DNA of 39,870 bases from a virus, in IMG/VR virus record IMGVR_UViG_3300013674_000001, positions 1 through 39,870 of that record; one strand, given 5' to 3'. Positions within the stretch are counted from its first letter, which is position 1. Each line of letters starts with the position of its first letter. A program made the translations under genes and the position numbers. Below are positions 39,248 through 39,870 of the stretch, in pieces. The notes beneath the pieces were generated by a model. That model had not been told where the DNA came from, searched no databases, and was given only the letters and a program-made list of their open reading frames with translations.

Positions 39248-39436
39248 TTACTTTCTCTCTTCCAGTATGGTTTCAACAGCCACCATTCTTTCCTTGAGAT
39301 CTTGAAGCGCTGCAAGGATTTCCTTGTTTGGGTCTTCCTTGGCTTTGTTGCCGCGTAGGTTCCACAATAGCCAAACTCCGAAAGCTACTGGTAATCCATA
39401 GGTTGCAACGATACCGTTTAGAATTTCAGTCGGCAC
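39248..39436 (-). CDS. Single-pass membrane protein, 62 aa (holin-like topology)
   Basis: N-terminal TM GIVATYGLPVAFGVWLLW and a charged helical C-terminus. Last gene of the minus-strand late operon. Its stop is 1 nt from the stop of the convergent plus-strand gene. Confidence 0.65.
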   Translation of the reverse strand: MPTEILNGIVATYGLPVAFGVWLLWNLRGNKAKEDPNKEILAALQDLKERMVAVETILEERK

Positions 39437-39863
39437 GTGTTATGGCCTCCACGAAAAGCCACATATGCAAGGGGAGAAAGAAGAGACTGGCGTAAAGTCC
39501 GACAACCACAACGCCCCCGGTGAATACTGCTGAATATGACAGCAAAATAAAATTTAGGCAAAACAGAAACGAACCTACCGAAACCATCCAACTCCTGATT
39601 GGTTTGAGCAGACCAACTATAATCATGGACGACGAAGCCATTGTAAGCGCGGCCCACATGGCGGCCGGAAACATGTACGCAAACCGTCCCCACGTTTCTT
39701 CGGCGAATCCTTGCGATTCCGTCATACTGTCAATCCAGAACAAACATCCGATAATGAAAAGGGAAACCTGCATTGCAACCCACAATGGCCGATACCTGTC
39801 TAGCCCATTGCAAGCCACCCACCCTTTACCGAATATCCTAGAAACCATCAGCTTACCCATCAT
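39426..39863 (-). CDS. Multi-pass membrane protein, 145 aa
   Basis: About four hydrophobic segments (e.g. LWVAMQVSLFIIGCLFWI, SFLFCLNFILLSYSAVFTGGVVVVGLYASLFFLPLHMWLF). The 5' end lies inside the terminal repeat. Confidence 0.7.
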   Translation of the reverse strand: MMGKLMVSRIFGKGWVACNGLDRYRPLWVAMQVSLFIIGCLFWIDSMTESQGFAEETWGRFAYMFPAAMWAALTMASSSMIIVGLLKPIRSWMVSVGSFLFCLNFILLSYSAVFTGGVVVVGLYASLFFLPLHMWLFVEAITRAD

Positions 39864-39870
39864 TTCCCAT
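39744..39870. repeat. Terminal direct repeat, copy 2 (identical to 1..127)
   Basis: See the copy at 1..127. Confidence 0.95.

Overview
The window is a complete tailed-phage (podovirus-type) genome. Bases 1-127 are identical to 39744-39870, so the contig closes into a 39,743-bp circle or a permuted genome.

The minus strand from about 30420 down to 110, continuing across the junction to 39248, holds two blocks. The first is an early/middle leftward operon: small wHTH protein, RusA, lambda-O-like replication initiator with internal iterons, possible helicase-loader, many small ORFs, compact C5-cytosine methyltransferase, TerS and TerL. The second is a P22-type morphogenesis module: portal, scaffold, coat, gp4-like adaptor, gp10-like hub and ejection proteins, one carrying a lysozyme domain. 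After these come three fibre or spike genes that flank a lysis cassette (M15 endolysin with overlapped i-/o-spanins), and then three membrane proteins.

The plus strand (30654..39246) is a rightward early operon of about 25 tightly coupled small genes. It includes an HNH/Ref-like nuclease, an HNH-AP2 homing endonuclease, an ERF annealase, a small HTH protein, an SPPY-type N4/N6 DNA methyltransferase and a NinB/DUF1367-like protein.

I saw no tRNA, rRNA, CRISPR array, integrase, CI-type repressor, DNA polymerase, helicase or RNA polymerase.

Points worth follow-up:
- a lambda-like origin inside the initiator gene;
- a divergent control region with back-to-back promoters, palindromes and an orphan plus-strand terminator;
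- repeated promoter-leader cassettes on both strands;
- a self-contained promoter-to-terminator cassette inserted between TerL and portal;
- a low-GC 73-aa ORF that joins a Tat-like signal to a copy of the coat protein N-arm;
- an endolysin with a C-terminal membrane anchor;
- an S74 intramolecular-chaperone domain on an ejection- or needle-position protein.

All motif, promoter and hairpin calls were made by eye from the sequence. No searches or computations were run.
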